Positions 1 through 10,296 are shown, counted from the first letter of the stretch. The stretch: 64,000 nucleotides of DNA from an uncultured Gemmatimonadales bacterium (GCA_963730185.1 CAVSQW010000005.1:101777-165776); one strand, 5' to 3'. A program made the numbers and translations. Notes: generated by a model not told the origin, from the letters alone.

Positions 1-2
1 TC

Positions 3-131
3 GGCATCCAGAACGACGAGTTTCTCCATCACCGCGGCCAGCTCTCGGCCTTCGTCCGAGTCTGCGGCGGCGTGCCACCCTTCATCTGGGGGTTCGGCGA
101 CAATGAGGTCGGCTTCCGTCCCCAAGCCTGA
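3..131 (+). CDS. DinB family protein, C-terminal fragment (5' end outside window)
   Basis: Frame from base 3 reads GIQNDEFLHHRGQLSAFVRVCGGVPPFIWG...*; HHRGQL..xR..G..PP is the typical DinB C-terminal motif. Confidence 0.75.
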   Translation, partial: GIQNDEFLHHRGQLSAFVRVCGGVPPFIWGFGDNEVGFRPQA

Positions 132-146
132 TCGGTCGGCGACGAC

Positions 147-608
147 GTGCCTCGCCGCTCCTTGGTGTACCCCGCCGACGCCGACGCCATCGTCGCCCGG
201 CTCGAGCAGTTCACGCCCGAAGCGACCCGGCGGTGGGGCACCATGACGGCGAGTGAGGCGCTTTGCCACCTGAGCGACGCCTTCCGACCGGCGCTGGGAG
301 AGCTGGACCCTCCCGAGTTCCGGGTGTTCGGGCTCCGGGGCGCGGTGCCCAAATGGTTCGCCCTCTCGGCCCCGCTTCCCTGGCCGCATGGGATCCGGGG
401 GCCGGCCCAGGTCGACCCCCGGAAGCTGGGCGCCAAGCCCGGGAGCTTCGACTCCGATCGGGCTCGGACCGTCGCCATGACTCGTCGATTGATCGCCGAG
501 GCAAGCGACGACCGCGCTCACCCGATGTTCGGACCGATGACCCGCGGCGACTGGCTGCGATGGGGTTGGCTCCACCTGGATCACCATCTCAGGCAGTTCG
601 GGCTGTGA
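147..608 (+). CDS. DUF1569/DinB-superfamily protein
   Basis: WGTMTASEALCHL, HPMFGPMT and HLDHHLRQFG motifs. Confidence 0.85.
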   Translation: MPRRSLVYPADADAIVARLEQFTPEATRRWGTMTASEALCHLSDAFRPALGELDPPEFRVFGLRGAVPKWFALSAPLPWPHGIRGPAQVDPRKLGAKPGSFDSDRARTVAMTRRLIAEASDDRAHPMFGPMTRGDWLRWGWLHLDHHLRQFGL

Positions 609-678
609 CCCGAGCGCGCCCGGGCCAGGCCGCGGCGATCCCGGCCCGGCTCGGGAAGGGCTGAGGCTCGAGGTCGCC

Positions 679-1080
679 CTGCCCGCCGGATACTCGGGAA
701 CGCCGCTGGGCCAGAAGCTCGGCTATCGGTCCGGCCAGGTCGTCTATCTGGAGGGCGCGCCGCCGGCCTACGCCGCCCTGGTGGCTCCGCTGCCGGACGG
801 CGTCCGTTTCGTAACCCGTCTGGCAGGCGCCATCGATCTAATCCATCTCTTCACCGACCGCCGCGCCACCCTCACCGAGCGGCTTCCGCGCTACCAGAAA
901 CGGCTCGCCCCCGGTGGCATGATCTGGGTGTCCTGGCCCAAGAAGGCATCCCAAGTGCCGACCGACATCACCGAGGACGTCGTGCGCGCCGTCTGTCTGC
1001 CCCTCGGCCTGGTGGACGTCAAGGTGTGTGCAGTAGACGAGACCTGGTCCGGGCTCAAGCTGATGGTCCGCCGCCGCTGA
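679..1080 (+). CDS. DUF3052-like protein, probable CTG start
   Basis: In-frame extension upstream of 781 gives (M)PAGYSGTPLGQKLG; core has WVSWPKKAS and GLVDVKVCAVDETWSGLKL; GAGGT at 670-674. Confidence 0.75.
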   Translation: MPAGYSGTPLGQKLGYRSGQVVYLEGAPPAYAALVAPLPDGVRFVTRLAGAIDLIHLFTDRRATLTERLPRYQKRLAPGGMIWVSWPKKASQVPTDITEDVVRAVCLPLGLVDVKVCAVDETWSGLKLMVRRR

Positions 1081-1175
1081 TCGCACCGGTCACAGACCGG
1101 GTCGCGAGGCCCGATTGTCAGGCTCGCCGGACGGAGCGATGTTTCCCCCTCGCCCTCACATCGAGCGTGGCCCCC

Positions 1176-2285
1176 ATGTCGACCGACCGTCGCACGTTCC
1201 TCCGCCTGGCCGCCGCCACCGGCGCCCTCGCCCTGACGCCCCGGGGCCTCCTTTCGGGGCTGACGCCCCGACGGTCGGGCCTCCGGATCCTGATCCTGGG
1301 CGGCACCGGGTTCATCGGACCCTATCAGGTGCAGTACGCCCTCGACCGGGGGCATAAGGTCACCCTCTTCAACCGGGGCCAGACCAACCCGGGCCTCTTT
1401 CCGACGGTCGAGAAGCTGATCGGCGATCGGAGCAGCGACCTCAGCGCGCTCGAGGGCCGCACCTGGGACGTCGTGATCGACAACGCCCGGTCCAATCCCG
1501 ATTGGGTCGAGCGCTCAGCCAAGCTGTTGGCCAAGCAGGCCGATCGCTATGTGTTCGTGTCGACCCGGTCGGTCTACAAGGACACCAGTCGCGTCCCGAT
1601 GACCATCGACGCCGAGCTGTTCACGCCGGAGAACACCCCGATCAAGCCCGGGCAACCCCTGCCCTACGGCCTGGCCAAGGTCATGTCGGAGCGGGAGGCC
1701 GAGCGGTTCTTCCCCGGGCGCACCTTGGTCGTCCGGCCGTCGCTCATCGTCGGCCCCGGCGACCTGACCGACCGGTTCACCTACTGGCCGGTCCGGCTCC
1801 AGCGGGGCGGTGAGGTCCTCGCGCCCGGCGACGGGACCGACTCGGTCCAGATCATCGACGTGCGCGACCTCTGCGAATGGACCATCCGGCTCTGCGAAAA
1901 GAAGGTGGCCGGCATCTTCAACGCGCTTGGTCCCGCGGAGCCCTACTCGTTCGCGAGCTTCCTCGACCAGATCAAGGCGGCCACCGGCTCGAACGCCACG
2001 CTCACCTGGGTCGACACCGACTTCCTGACCGCGCACGATGTCCGAGGCTACCGGGAGATGCCCGTCTGGATGCCGGCCAAGGGCGGCCACGAGGGCTTCG
2101 GGCGATTCGACATCTCCCGCGAGGTGGCCCTCGGTCTCACCTTCCGGTCGTTGGCGGTGACGACCAAGGACACGCTGGAGTACTACCACTCGCAACCGGC
2201 GGAGCGGCAGGAGACCCTCAAGGCCGGGATCTCACCCGAGCGCGAGGCCGAGGTGCTGGCGGCCTGGCACGCGAGGCGGGGCTGA
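1176..2285 (+). CDS. Tat-exported NAD-dependent epimerase/dehydratase
   Basis: DRRTFLR twin-arginine signal; ILILGGTGFIG Rossmann motif; YGLAK catalytic motif. Confidence 0.9.
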   Translation: MSTDRRTFLRLAAATGALALTPRGLLSGLTPRRSGLRILILGGTGFIGPYQVQYALDRGHKVTLFNRGQTNPGLFPTVEKLIGDRSSDLSALEGRTWDVVIDNARSNPDWVERSAKLLAKQADRYVFVSTRSVYKDTSRVPMTIDAELFTPENTPIKPGQPLPYGLAKVMSEREAERFFPGRTLVVRPSLIVGPGDLTDRFTYWPVRLQRGGEVLAPGDGTDSVQIIDVRDLCEWTIRLCEKKVAGIFNALGPAEPYSFASFLDQIKAATGSNATLTWVDTDFLTAHDVRGYREMPVWMPAKGGHEGFGRFDISREVALGLTFRSLAVTTKDTLEYYHSQPAERQETLKAGISPEREAEVLAAWHARRG

Positions 2286-2350
2286 GCCGGAAACCTCGCG
2301 TCGCCTGGTCGCGTCGGGCTCCCTATCGTCCTTCGAAGTCGGAACCCGCA

Positions 2351-3466
2351 TTGTCCTTGCCCCTCGGCCGGCCCGGCCGCGGTTCCCGCCTGACCCGCTG
2401 CTGGTGGCTCCCGCTGGCCTTGTTGGCTGCGTGCCGGGCCGGTGGCACCGAAGCCGCCCTGCGGCAGGTGCTCGCCGAGGAACGCCAGGCTCACCTCGAC
2501 ACCGACGCCGACCTCCTCGCCTCGAACCTCGCGGACACCCTCGTCGCGATCGACGCCGGGACGATCGCCCCCGAGCCGCGAGGCCGGGTTCGCGACCAGT
2601 TCCGGCGTTACTTCGCTGGAGCGCGGTACCTGACCTGGGACGACGAACGGGATCCCGTGATCCGAGTCGCGCCGGGCGGCGAGCTGGCCTGGGTGGCGCG
2701 GCGGGTTCGGATCGCTCGAGATGAGCCCGCGCTGGGCGGGGGCACCCGCCGGCGGGCCCTGGTCGGCGCCTGGAGCGCTACCTACGCCTGGCGGGCGGGT
2801 CGCTGGCAGATGACCTCCGTGACATCCACCTTCCTCCCCGACTCCCCGGCCGACCGGATCCTGGCCGCGGCGCAACGCGCCCTTGGACCGGCGGCGCTCG
2901 ACCACCTCGAGGGCGTACGGGCGACCGCCGCCGCGTCCGGCCCGGGGACGACGTTCCGGGTCACCGTCACCTCGCGGCGGTCGGGCGAGGCCCGGGTCGA
3001 CTTCTCGACCGGCTTCTCGGCGGGGATCGGCGCGCACCACCGCTGGAGCAGAACCGGCGACTCGACCGGGCCGCTCTCGCCCGCCATGGAGACCTTCCTT
3101 CGCGGCCACGAGATCCACCTCACCCTCCTGCTCCCCGAGAGTCGCTATCCGGCGCTCGCCTTCGGCGGCCGAGTGCGGCTCGACGGCCGGGAGGTCCTCT
3201 CCCTGGTGGGCGCCGACGCACTGGGCGGACGAGTGGAGCTCTTCTACGCCCCGGACGACACCCTGCCGGTCGGCTACCGGGTCCTCGACCAGGCCCGGCC
3301 GGCGCGCGGACCCGTTACCCTGACCGTGGGCGACTGGGAGCCACGGGACGGACTTCGCCTCTTCACCACCGCGCAATTCCGCCAGGGCGGCGAGGTCTTC
3401 CGCTACCAGTTCACCGACGTCCAGCTCGACCCGCCGGTCGCCGATTCCCTGTTCGACGCTCCGTAG
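2351..3466 (+). CDS. putative lipoprotein, NTF2/DUF4440-like N-domain plus beta-rich C-domain (start uncertain)
   Basis: LLAAC lipobox; AWSATYAWRAGRWQMT NTF2-like terminal strand; C-terminal LDPPVADSLFDAP. Confidence 0.55.
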   Translation: MSLPLGRPGRGSRLTRCWWLPLALLAACRAGGTEAALRQVLAEERQAHLDTDADLLASNLADTLVAIDAGTIAPEPRGRVRDQFRRYFAGARYLTWDDERDPVIRVAPGGELAWVARRVRIARDEPALGGGTRRRALVGAWSATYAWRAGRWQMTSVTSTFLPDSPADRILAAAQRALGPAALDHLEGVRATAAASGPGTTFRVTVTSRRSGEARVDFSTGFSAGIGAHHRWSRTGDSTGPLSPAMETFLRGHEIHLTLLLPESRYPALAFGGRVRLDGREVLSLVGADALGGRVELFYAPDDTLPVGYRVLDQARPARGPVTLTVGDWEPRDGLRLFTTAQFRQGGEVFRYQFTDVQLDPPVADSLFDAP

Positions 3467-3493
3467 GGCAGGCGCCGCCCGGACCAGGGCCGC

Positions 3494-4405
3494 CTAACGA
3501 ACGCGCATGCCTCGGGCTGGATCCCAGTGGAGGGCTTGGGGATTCCGGGGCAGCGGCGCCCCGCTCGCCTGGTCGATGGTGACGCCGTTGGGGGTGTCGG
3601 GCGGACAGATCGCGATGTAACGGGCGTAGCCGCCTACGCCGCCCTGGAGCTTGGGATAGCCGATCGAGACCAGGCACCCGGTGGGTGGCACCTGATCCAG
3701 GTTGGCGACCCCTTCGGCCTGGGTATACCCGTGATGCATCAGCCAGGACTCGCCCTCGAGCGTCGCGGTGGTGTCGGTGTCGAGCGGCTCGTGACCATGC
3801 ATCAGGATCTTCCGCTGCTCATGGAGGAACTGGAGCGCCGCCAGGGAGACGCCAGGAAAGGGGCGCTCCTCGGCCAAGCCCGGCTCGGACCACCGCTTGG
3901 ACCAGTCGGAGCGGACGAACACCACGGAGCCCTCCGGGATCCGCCCGTGTCGGGCTTCGAAGGCCTCGATGTCGGCGACAGACAGGTGGTATCCCGGCGC
4001 CTTGACCAGCTGATCCACGATCGAGATCACCACCAACGGACGGACGGCGAAGGTGGCCGGCAGCTCGTCGATGGCGGGATAGTTCGGGTCCCAGTGGGCC
4101 GGCGGGTCGAGCTGGGTGCCCAGCTGATCGGTCGGGAGGAGGTAGCGGGTGGCGGCGAAGCCGTCCGCCTCGTAGGTGTACGGCGTCCCGGTCTTGGGGT
4201 TGACCGTCTGGCCAAAGGTCGGGTCGCCGAAGCCGGGCCAGACCGGAATGGTCGGCGTGATGGTGTGGGTCAGATCGAGGTAGCGGGCCTGACGAAAGGA
4301 CTGCTGGTAGACGTCCCAGAGCGACGCCGGCGCCGCGGACGGGGCCGCGCAGGCCGCCGTCAGGGTCGCCATCGCCGCCAGCGCCACCAGCCCGTGCTTG
4401 CTCAT
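3494..4405 (-). CDS. cyclase family (kynurenine formamidase-like) lipoprotein
   Basis: DLTHTI..IPVWPG, GTQLDPPAHW and EGVANLDQVP motifs; lipobox TAAC. Confidence 0.88.
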   Translation of the reverse strand: MSKHGLVALAAMATLTAACAAPSAAPASLWDVYQQSFRQARYLDLTHTITPTIPVWPGFGDPTFGQTVNPKTGTPYTYEADGFAATRYLLPTDQLGTQLDPPAHWDPNYPAIDELPATFAVRPLVVISIVDQLVKAPGYHLSVADIEAFEARHGRIPEGSVVFVRSDWSKRWSEPGLAEERPFPGVSLAALQFLHEQRKILMHGHEPLDTDTTATLEGESWLMHHGYTQAEGVANLDQVPPTGCLVSIGYPKLQGGVGGYARYIAICPPDTPNGVTIDQASGAPLPRNPQALHWDPARGMRVR

Positions 4406-4521
4406 GCTGCCTCCTCGGGGTTCGGATGGTCCGTCATCCCCGATCTTCGGCGTTCGGGACCGGCCCCGCAACCACCAGGCCGACTCGTGATTCGAGGCGA
4501 ACCGGGGAGATATTAGGACCG

Positions 4522-5256
4522 ATGACCACGATCGACAGGGGGACCCGCTACGGCATCGTCGGCGACGGACAGCTCGCCCGGCACCTGACTCACTACTTCC
4601 GCGAATCGGGACTCGAGGTGGCCACCTGGTCCCGGCGGGCCGAGCGTGACACCGGCAGCGCCCTCGGCGACGCGCTCGCCGGCGCCGGCGTGGTGCTGAT
4701 CCTCATCAACGACGACGCCATCGTGCCGTTCGCCGCCGGGCACCCGGAGCTGGCGGACCGCACCCTGGTGCATTGCGCCGGGGCGCTGGTGACGAAGGAC
4801 CTCATCGGGCTCCATCCGCTGATGACCTTCGGGCCCACCCTCCTGTCGCTCGACGGCTATCGCGCGGTCCCCTTCGTCGGCGACCTGGGCCGTCCCGGGT
4901 TCCGCGATCTCTTTCCGGCCCTTCCCAACCCGTCGTACGCGATTCCGGTCGAGAAGAAGCCGATCTACCACGCCCTGGCCTCGCTGGCCGGCAACCTGAC
5001 CCCGGTCCTCTGGGAGCGCTTCATCGTGGTGCTGAGCGGCGAGCTCGGCCTCCCACCCGAGGTCGCGTCGCCGTACTTCGAGGCAGTGGTCACTCGGTGT
5101 CGCGGCCCGCTTCCCTTCGCCACCACCGGCCCGATCGTCCGCGGCGACCGGGAGACCATCGCGCTCCATCTCCAAGCGCTCCGGCACGAGGCGCTCCGCC
5201 CCGTCTACGAGAGCTTCGTCCGGGCGCTCGGCCCCGAGCTGCTCGACCCCGAATGA
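4522..5256 (+). CDS. Rossmann-like/DUF2520 protein (PanG-type ketopantoate reductase candidate)
   Basis: GIVGDGQLA, HCAGA, HPLMTF, YHA and TGPIVRGD..TI..HL motifs; ATGA overlap with panC. Confidence 0.8.
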   Translation: MTTIDRGTRYGIVGDGQLARHLTHYFRESGLEVATWSRRAERDTGSALGDALAGAGVVLILINDDAIVPFAAGHPELADRTLVHCAGALVTKDLIGLHPLMTFGPTLLSLDGYRAVPFVGDLGRPGFRDLFPALPNPSYAIPVEKKPIYHALASLAGNLTPVLWERFIVVLSGELGLPPEVASPYFEAVVTRCRGPLPFATTGPIVRGDRETIALHLQALRHEALRPVYESFVRALGPELLDPE

Positions 5257-6020
5257 GTCTCGAGCCGATCACCTCACTCGAGCGCTGGGGCGCGCTTCGG
5301 GCGTCGCTCCGGCGCGAAGGACGGACGCTGGGCTTCGTCCCGACCATGGGCGCGTTGCACGCCGGACACGAGTCGCTCTTCCGGCGGAGCGCCGCCGAGT
5401 GCGACGTCACCGCGGTCAGCATCTTCGTCAACCCGGCCCAATTCAACGACCCCGGCGACCTGGACGCCTATCCCCGAACGGTGGCGGCCGACTGCCGGCT
5501 GGCGGCGGCGGCCGGCGTCGATCACGTCCTGGTACCCGCCCCCGGCGACGTCTATCCCGACGGCTACCGCTACCGGGTCACCGAGACGGAGCAGAGCCGG
5601 ACCCTGGAGGGCGAGTTCCGACCGGGTCACTTCGACGGCGTTCTGACGGTGGTTCTCCGGCTGCTGCGGATCGTCCAGCCGGCCAGGGCCTACTTCGGGG
5701 AAAAGGATTGGCAGCAGTACGCCTTGGTGCGGGGGATGGCGGAGGCACTCTTCCTCGACGTCGAAATCGTCCCCTGCCCGATCGTCCGCGATCCGGACGG
5801 CGTAGCGCTCAGCTCCCGCAACGTCCGGTTGAACCCGGAGAGCCGGAGCCTGGCGGCCGAATTCGCGGCCCGGCTCGCTCGGGGCGGACCGCCCGATCGG
5901 ATCCGCGCCGACCTCGAAGCCGGCGGGATCGAGGTGGAGTACGTGGCGGAATGGGACGGCCGCCGGCTGGCCGCGGTCGTCATCGGCGGCGTCCGCCTGA
6001 TCGACAACCAGCCACTCTAG
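5253..6020 (+). CDS. panC: pantoate-beta-alanine ligase
   Basis: GFVPTMGALHAGH, SIFVNPAQF, RPGHFDGV, FGEKDWQQ, ALSSRN and RLIDN motifs. Confidence 0.97.
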   Translation: MSLEPITSLERWGALRASLRREGRTLGFVPTMGALHAGHESLFRRSAAECDVTAVSIFVNPAQFNDPGDLDAYPRTVAADCRLAAAAGVDHVLVPAPGDVYPDGYRYRVTETEQSRTLEGEFRPGHFDGVLTVVLRLLRIVQPARAYFGEKDWQQYALVRGMAEALFLDVEIVPCPIVRDPDGVALSSRNVRLNPESRSLAAEFAARLARGGPPDRIRADLEAGGIEVEYVAEWDGRRLAAVVIGGVRLIDNQPL

Positions 6021-6199
6021 ACGGCGAAATCCTTGCGGGCGACCGGCCTGCGGGGTAGCGTTGGGTCTGGGGATCCCGCCGTCTAGCATCACCCTGGGCG
6101 CCGCGGCCGCCCGCCTTTATTCCTGAGTGATTGCCGGTGTTTTCGGAATCCCCGAACCCGGACGCTTGCCGAGCACTACTCGCAGGGCCTGGAGCCTCA

Positions 6200-7795
6200 A
6201 TGCGTCGCTTGCGGATCGCCATCCTCGATCTCGTGACCAAGCGCCCCCATCCGGGGCTCTACGGCCGCCTCATGAACGCCAACCTGGCGAGCATCATGCC
6301 GCAGATGATCGGCGTCTGGTGCGAGGAAGCCGGCCACGACGTCACGTTCGTCTGTTACACGGGGATCGAGGATCTCACCGCCGAGCTGCCCAAGGACATC
6401 GACCTCCTCTTTATCGGGGCGTTCACCCAGAGCGCCTTCCTGGCCTACGCTCTCAGCAACATGTTCCGCCAGCGGGGCACCGTCACGGTGCTCGGCGGAC
6501 CGCACGCCCGGTGCTACCCAGAGGATGCCCAGAAGCACTTCGACTATGTCCTCGGCTTCACCGACCGGAACACCATCGACGAGGTGTTGAAGGACTGCTC
6601 ACCCCACCGGCCGATGGGCGTCACGCTGTCGGCGCCCCGTCAGCCGGAGACGCTGCCCACGTTGGCGTCGCGGTGGAAGTTCGTCGAGTCCACCCTCGCC
6701 AAGGCGCCGACCATCAAGATCGTGGGCATGATCGGCAGCCTGGGCTGCCCGTACACCTGCTCGTTCTGCATCGACTCGACGGTCGAGTACCAGCCGCTGG
6801 CGTTCGATCAGCTCACCGACGACCTCAAGTTCCTGTTGACCAAGTACCGACGCCCGATCGTGGGGTGGCACGATCCCAATTTCGGGGTCCGGTTCGAGGA
6901 CTACATGAACGCCATCGAGGCGGCCGGCGCCCCGGGCCGGATGCGCCATATCGCCGAGAGCAGTCTGTCGCTGCTGTCCGAGCCGCACCTCAAACGACTC
7001 AAGGCCAACGGCTTCGGCGCCGCCCTGCCGGGCATCGAGTCGTGGTACGACATGGGCAACAAGTCCAAGACTCGCCGGACCGGTCTCGACAAGGTCAAGC
7101 AGGTCTCGGATCATGTGAACCTGGTCCTCCGATACATCCCCTACGTGCAGACCAACTTCGTGCTGGGGATGGACACCGACGAGGGCTCCGAGCCGTTCGA
7201 GCTCACCAAGAAGTTCCTGGACCTGACCCCGGGTGCCTTCCCGGCGTACTCCCTGCTGTCGGCCTTCGGACGGGCGGCGCCGCTCAATCTGGACTACCAG
7301 CGAGCGGGACGGGTCCTTCCGTTCCCGTTCCACTTCCTGAACAACAACCACGCGATGAACGTCACGCCGCTCAACTACTCCTGGCCTCAGTTCTACGACG
7401 AGGTGGTGAGCCTGAGCCGGTACTCGTTCTCCTGGCGGGCCATCGGCCGACGGTTCGCGGCCACGCCGGCCGTCATCCCCCGCGGCATGAACGTGGTTCG
7501 GGCGGTCTCGTCGGAGGGCTTCGGTCGGATCAAGTACCACACCCAGATGCGCCGACTGCTCGACGAGGATCGCGACGTCCGGGCCTACATGGAGGGCGAG
7601 ACCGAAGTCCTGCCGGCGTTCTATCACGACAAGATCCGGCGCGACCTCGGGCCACTGTACCACTTCCTGCCCGAGGGCGCGATCTATCACGACCAGAACG
7701 CCTACCTCAAGGCCCATGAGGCCGGCACCGCGGCGGCTCCCCCGGCGGCCCTGGGGCGACGGCCGAACCGGCCGACCATCGCCGCCTCGAACTGA
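6200..7795 (+). CDS. B12-binding domain radical SAM protein
   Basis: VLGGPHA cobalamin-domain motif; GCPYTCSFC cluster motif; GIES motif. Confidence 0.88.
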   Translation: MRRLRIAILDLVTKRPHPGLYGRLMNANLASIMPQMIGVWCEEAGHDVTFVCYTGIEDLTAELPKDIDLLFIGAFTQSAFLAYALSNMFRQRGTVTVLGGPHARCYPEDAQKHFDYVLGFTDRNTIDEVLKDCSPHRPMGVTLSAPRQPETLPTLASRWKFVESTLAKAPTIKIVGMIGSLGCPYTCSFCIDSTVEYQPLAFDQLTDDLKFLLTKYRRPIVGWHDPNFGVRFEDYMNAIEAAGAPGRMRHIAESSLSLLSEPHLKRLKANGFGAALPGIESWYDMGNKSKTRRTGLDKVKQVSDHVNLVLRYIPYVQTNFVLGMDTDEGSEPFELTKKFLDLTPGAFPAYSLLSAFGRAAPLNLDYQRAGRVLPFPFHFLNNNHAMNVTPLNYSWPQFYDEVVSLSRYSFSWRAIGRRFAATPAVIPRGMNVVRAVSSEGFGRIKYHTQMRRLLDEDRDVRAYMEGETEVLPAFYHDKIRRDLGPLYHFLPEGAIYHDQNAYLKAHEAGTAAAPPAALGRRPNRPTIAASN

Positions 7796-8015
7796 ATCGG
7801 GCGGGACCCTGCAGACCGCGATCGCGTTCCGCGATCCCCATCGGCCGCCCCCGGGCGGCCGATCTCGTTGTGGGGCCAGCAGGTGGAGCGTCCCAGCCGC
7901 CTCGCCGGCATCAACCGGCCCGGGATTTGCCGTTTCCGCTCCGCTCGACGCCAATCGGCAACGGAAACTGCACCGGCGGTGCCCGAAAGCGGCCCGCGCC
8001 CTGGGGAGCCCGCTC

Positions 8016-9116
8016 GTGACGGTAGTCCAGACCTTCAATGCCGTGCTCAAGAAGGCCATCGAGGTCGACGCGTCGGACATCCACGTCTGCGCCGGCGGGC
8101 CGTTCCGGCTCCGGATCCGAGGCCAGATCATCGCCGTGACCGGCACCGAGACCCTCACGCCGGACGACACCCTGCAGATCGCCCGAGAGATCCTGGTCGC
8201 CGCCAAGCGGGCGACGAACGAGACCGTCGAAGAGGCTCTCCGCAAGCTCCGCGACCTGGACTGCTCCTATTCCCTCCCCGGTGTCGGGCGGTTTCGAGTG
8301 AACCTCGGCAGCCAGCGAGGATCGATCGCCGCGGTCCTCCGGCACATTCCGCTCACCATCCCGACGTTCGACCAGCTGGGGCTGCCCGAGATCCTCGAGA
8401 CGATCACCTTCGAGGAGCGGGGCCTGGTACTGGTCACCGGGGTGACCGGCAGCGGCAAGTCGTCCACCCTGGCCTCGATGGTCTCGTTCCTGAACCGGAA
8501 CAAGGCCGTGAAGGTGGTGACGATCGAGGATCCGATCGAGTTCCTGCACCGGGACGACAAGTCGATCATCACCCAGCGGGAGCTGGGCGGCGACACCGAC
8601 AGCTTCGGCACCGCGCTCCGGGCCGGCCTCCGGCAGGACCCCGACGTGATCATGGTCGGGGAGATGCGCGATCAGGAGACTATCGACATCGCCTTGAAGG
8701 CCGCCGAGACCGGCCACCTGGTATTCAGCACCGTGCACACGACCGACGCCATCAAGACCATTTCACGGCTGGTCAGCGTGTTCGAGCCCGCCGAGCAGCC
8801 CTCGATCCGGCTCCGCCTGGCCGAGAACTTGAGAGGCGTGGTGTCGCAACGGCTCCTGCCCAAGCAGGACGGCACCGGCCGGGTCGTGGCCGTCGAGATC
8901 CTCCGGCACACCGCCACGATCGAGGACTGCATCGCCAACCCGGAGATGACGCCGACCCTCAAGGACCATATCGTCGAGGGAAGGACCCAGTACGGCATGC
9001 AGACCTTCGACCAGCACCTGACCGACCTCTACCGGCGCGATCTGATCTCCCTCGAGGTAGCCCGGGGGGCGGCCACCAGCCCCGCCGACTTCGTCCGGAA
9101 TCTGGAATTCGTCTGA
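8016..9116 (+). CDS. pilT: PilT/PilU family type IV pilus retraction ATPase
   Basis: ASDIH, GVTGSGKSST, TIEDPIE, LRQDPDVIMVGEMRD, AETGHLVFSTVHT and GMQTFDQ; GGGGAG RBS before GTG. Confidence 0.92.
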   Translation: MTVVQTFNAVLKKAIEVDASDIHVCAGGPFRLRIRGQIIAVTGTETLTPDDTLQIAREILVAAKRATNETVEEALRKLRDLDCSYSLPGVGRFRVNLGSQRGSIAAVLRHIPLTIPTFDQLGLPEILETITFEERGLVLVTGVTGSGKSSTLASMVSFLNRNKAVKVVTIEDPIEFLHRDDKSIITQRELGGDTDSFGTALRAGLRQDPDVIMVGEMRDQETIDIALKAAETGHLVFSTVHTTDAIKTISRLVSVFEPAEQPSIRLRLAENLRGVVSQRLLPKQDGTGRVVAVEILRHTATIEDCIANPEMTPTLKDHIVEGRTQYGMQTFDQHLTDLYRRDLISLEVARGAATSPADFVRNLEFV

Positions 9117-9257
9117 CCCAACCCGCCGGGCCGCTCTGAAACAGCCGGCCGGGCCCGGGCCGTACGGTTCTCCACAACCTCAGCGCCGCCAGCCCCACGC
9201 CCTCGCGTCCGAGCGCGTCACCATCCCGGGCCGACGGACCCATTTCGGAGGGCTCCG

Positions 9258-9839
9258 ATGCTCAACGCTCGCGCTCGTGCCGGTCGTCTCCTGCTCGCTC
9301 TGGCCGCTTTGGCCGTGGGCGCTGCTCCACTCGCCGCTCAGGCCCAGAGCTCCGCGGAGCTCCGGGCTCAATACGTCAAGGACATCGAGAACCTGGGATC
9401 GAAGTTCGCCGATCTGGCCGGTGCCATGGGGGCGGACACCTACACCTGGCGGCCGATGGAGGGGGTCCGCTCGGTGAGCGAGGTCTACATGCTCGTGGCC
9501 GCCGAGAGCTACCTGGTCCCCGGCTTCTGGAACGCCACCCCGCCCGAAGGCGTCACCCCGGGCCCCGCCGCGTTCGGCACGCTGTCCAAGATCAGCGACA
9601 AGGGCGAGGTCGTGGGTCACGTCAAAAAGTCGTTCGACTACTTCAAGGGCGTCGTGGCGGGGCTGAGCGACGAGCAGATGGGGTCGAGCGTCAAGTTCTT
9701 CGGCCGGGAAGGCAGCGTGTCCGACGCGCTCTATGCCATCCTGAGCGACATGCACGAGCACCTCGGTCAGGCGATCGCCTACGCCCGGATGAACAAGGTC
9801 GTGCCGCCCTGGACCGCTCGGCGGCAGCAGAAGGGATGA
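9258..9839 (+). CDS. secreted DinB family protein
   Basis: signal peptide; WRPMEGVRSVSEV; HEHLGQAIAYARMNKVVPPW. Confidence 0.85.
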   Translation: MLNARARAGRLLLALAALAVGAAPLAAQAQSSAELRAQYVKDIENLGSKFADLAGAMGADTYTWRPMEGVRSVSEVYMLVAAESYLVPGFWNATPPEGVTPGPAAFGTLSKISDKGEVVGHVKKSFDYFKGVVAGLSDEQMGSSVKFFGREGSVSDALYAILSDMHEHLGQAIAYARMNKVVPPWTARRQQKG

Positions 9840-9846
9840 CCCCGGG

Positions 9847-10296
9847 TCAGGCGGGCGCCGGACCGCTGGTCCGGCGCCACCGCTCGAGCTCCTGCCGATA
9901 GGCCGTCGGCAATTCTTCGCGCTCCGCCGACGCCAGGATGTCTTCCAGATATCCCGGGTTCGGAACGCCGGCCGTCGGATCGGTCGCCTGGTAGATCATC
10001 GCTACGCACGGCTCCCCGCCGAGGGGCCGGATCTCCGGCTCCGCCTTGAGGTAGAGGCCATCGTCCATCCCCTCGAACCCGTCCAGCTCCACCTCGTCGG
10101 CTTCGCTGATCTCCCAAAGCAGCCCGTGCACCACCGCCTCCGGTTCGGGAGTCACCGTCGCGTACCCGCACCGGGCGATCCCGAAGCGGTACCCCGGCAG
10201 CACGGCCCGGCCCAGGAACCGCGCCGACGGACAGCGGGCCCTGAAGGAGGCCCGGTTCATATTGGCGCCGTAGGCAAAACACGGCCGTCTGCTCAT
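9847..10296 (-). CDS. gamma-glutamylcyclotransferase family protein
   Basis: FAYGANMN, VHGLLWEI and LDGFEG motifs; ATGA overlap with TetR stop. Confidence 0.85.
   Translation of the reverse strand: MSRRPCFAYGANMNRASFRARCPSARFLGRAVLPGYRFGIARCGYATVTPEPEAVVHGLLWEISEADEVELDGFEGMDDGLYLKAEPEIRPLGGEPCVAMIYQATDPTAGVPNPGYLEDILASAEREELPTAYRQELERWRRTSGPAPA

Noticed and set aside
1116..1145. TGTCAGG upstream of the epimerase as an ECF43-like promoter
   Set aside because: No CGCTCT-like box at the 19-nt spacing
7940..8010. Possible cyclic-dinucleotide riboswitch upstream of pilT (GGCAAC...GAAA segments)
   Set aside because: Order and spacing do not fit the GEMM-I pattern as I recall it; an Infernal search would settle it
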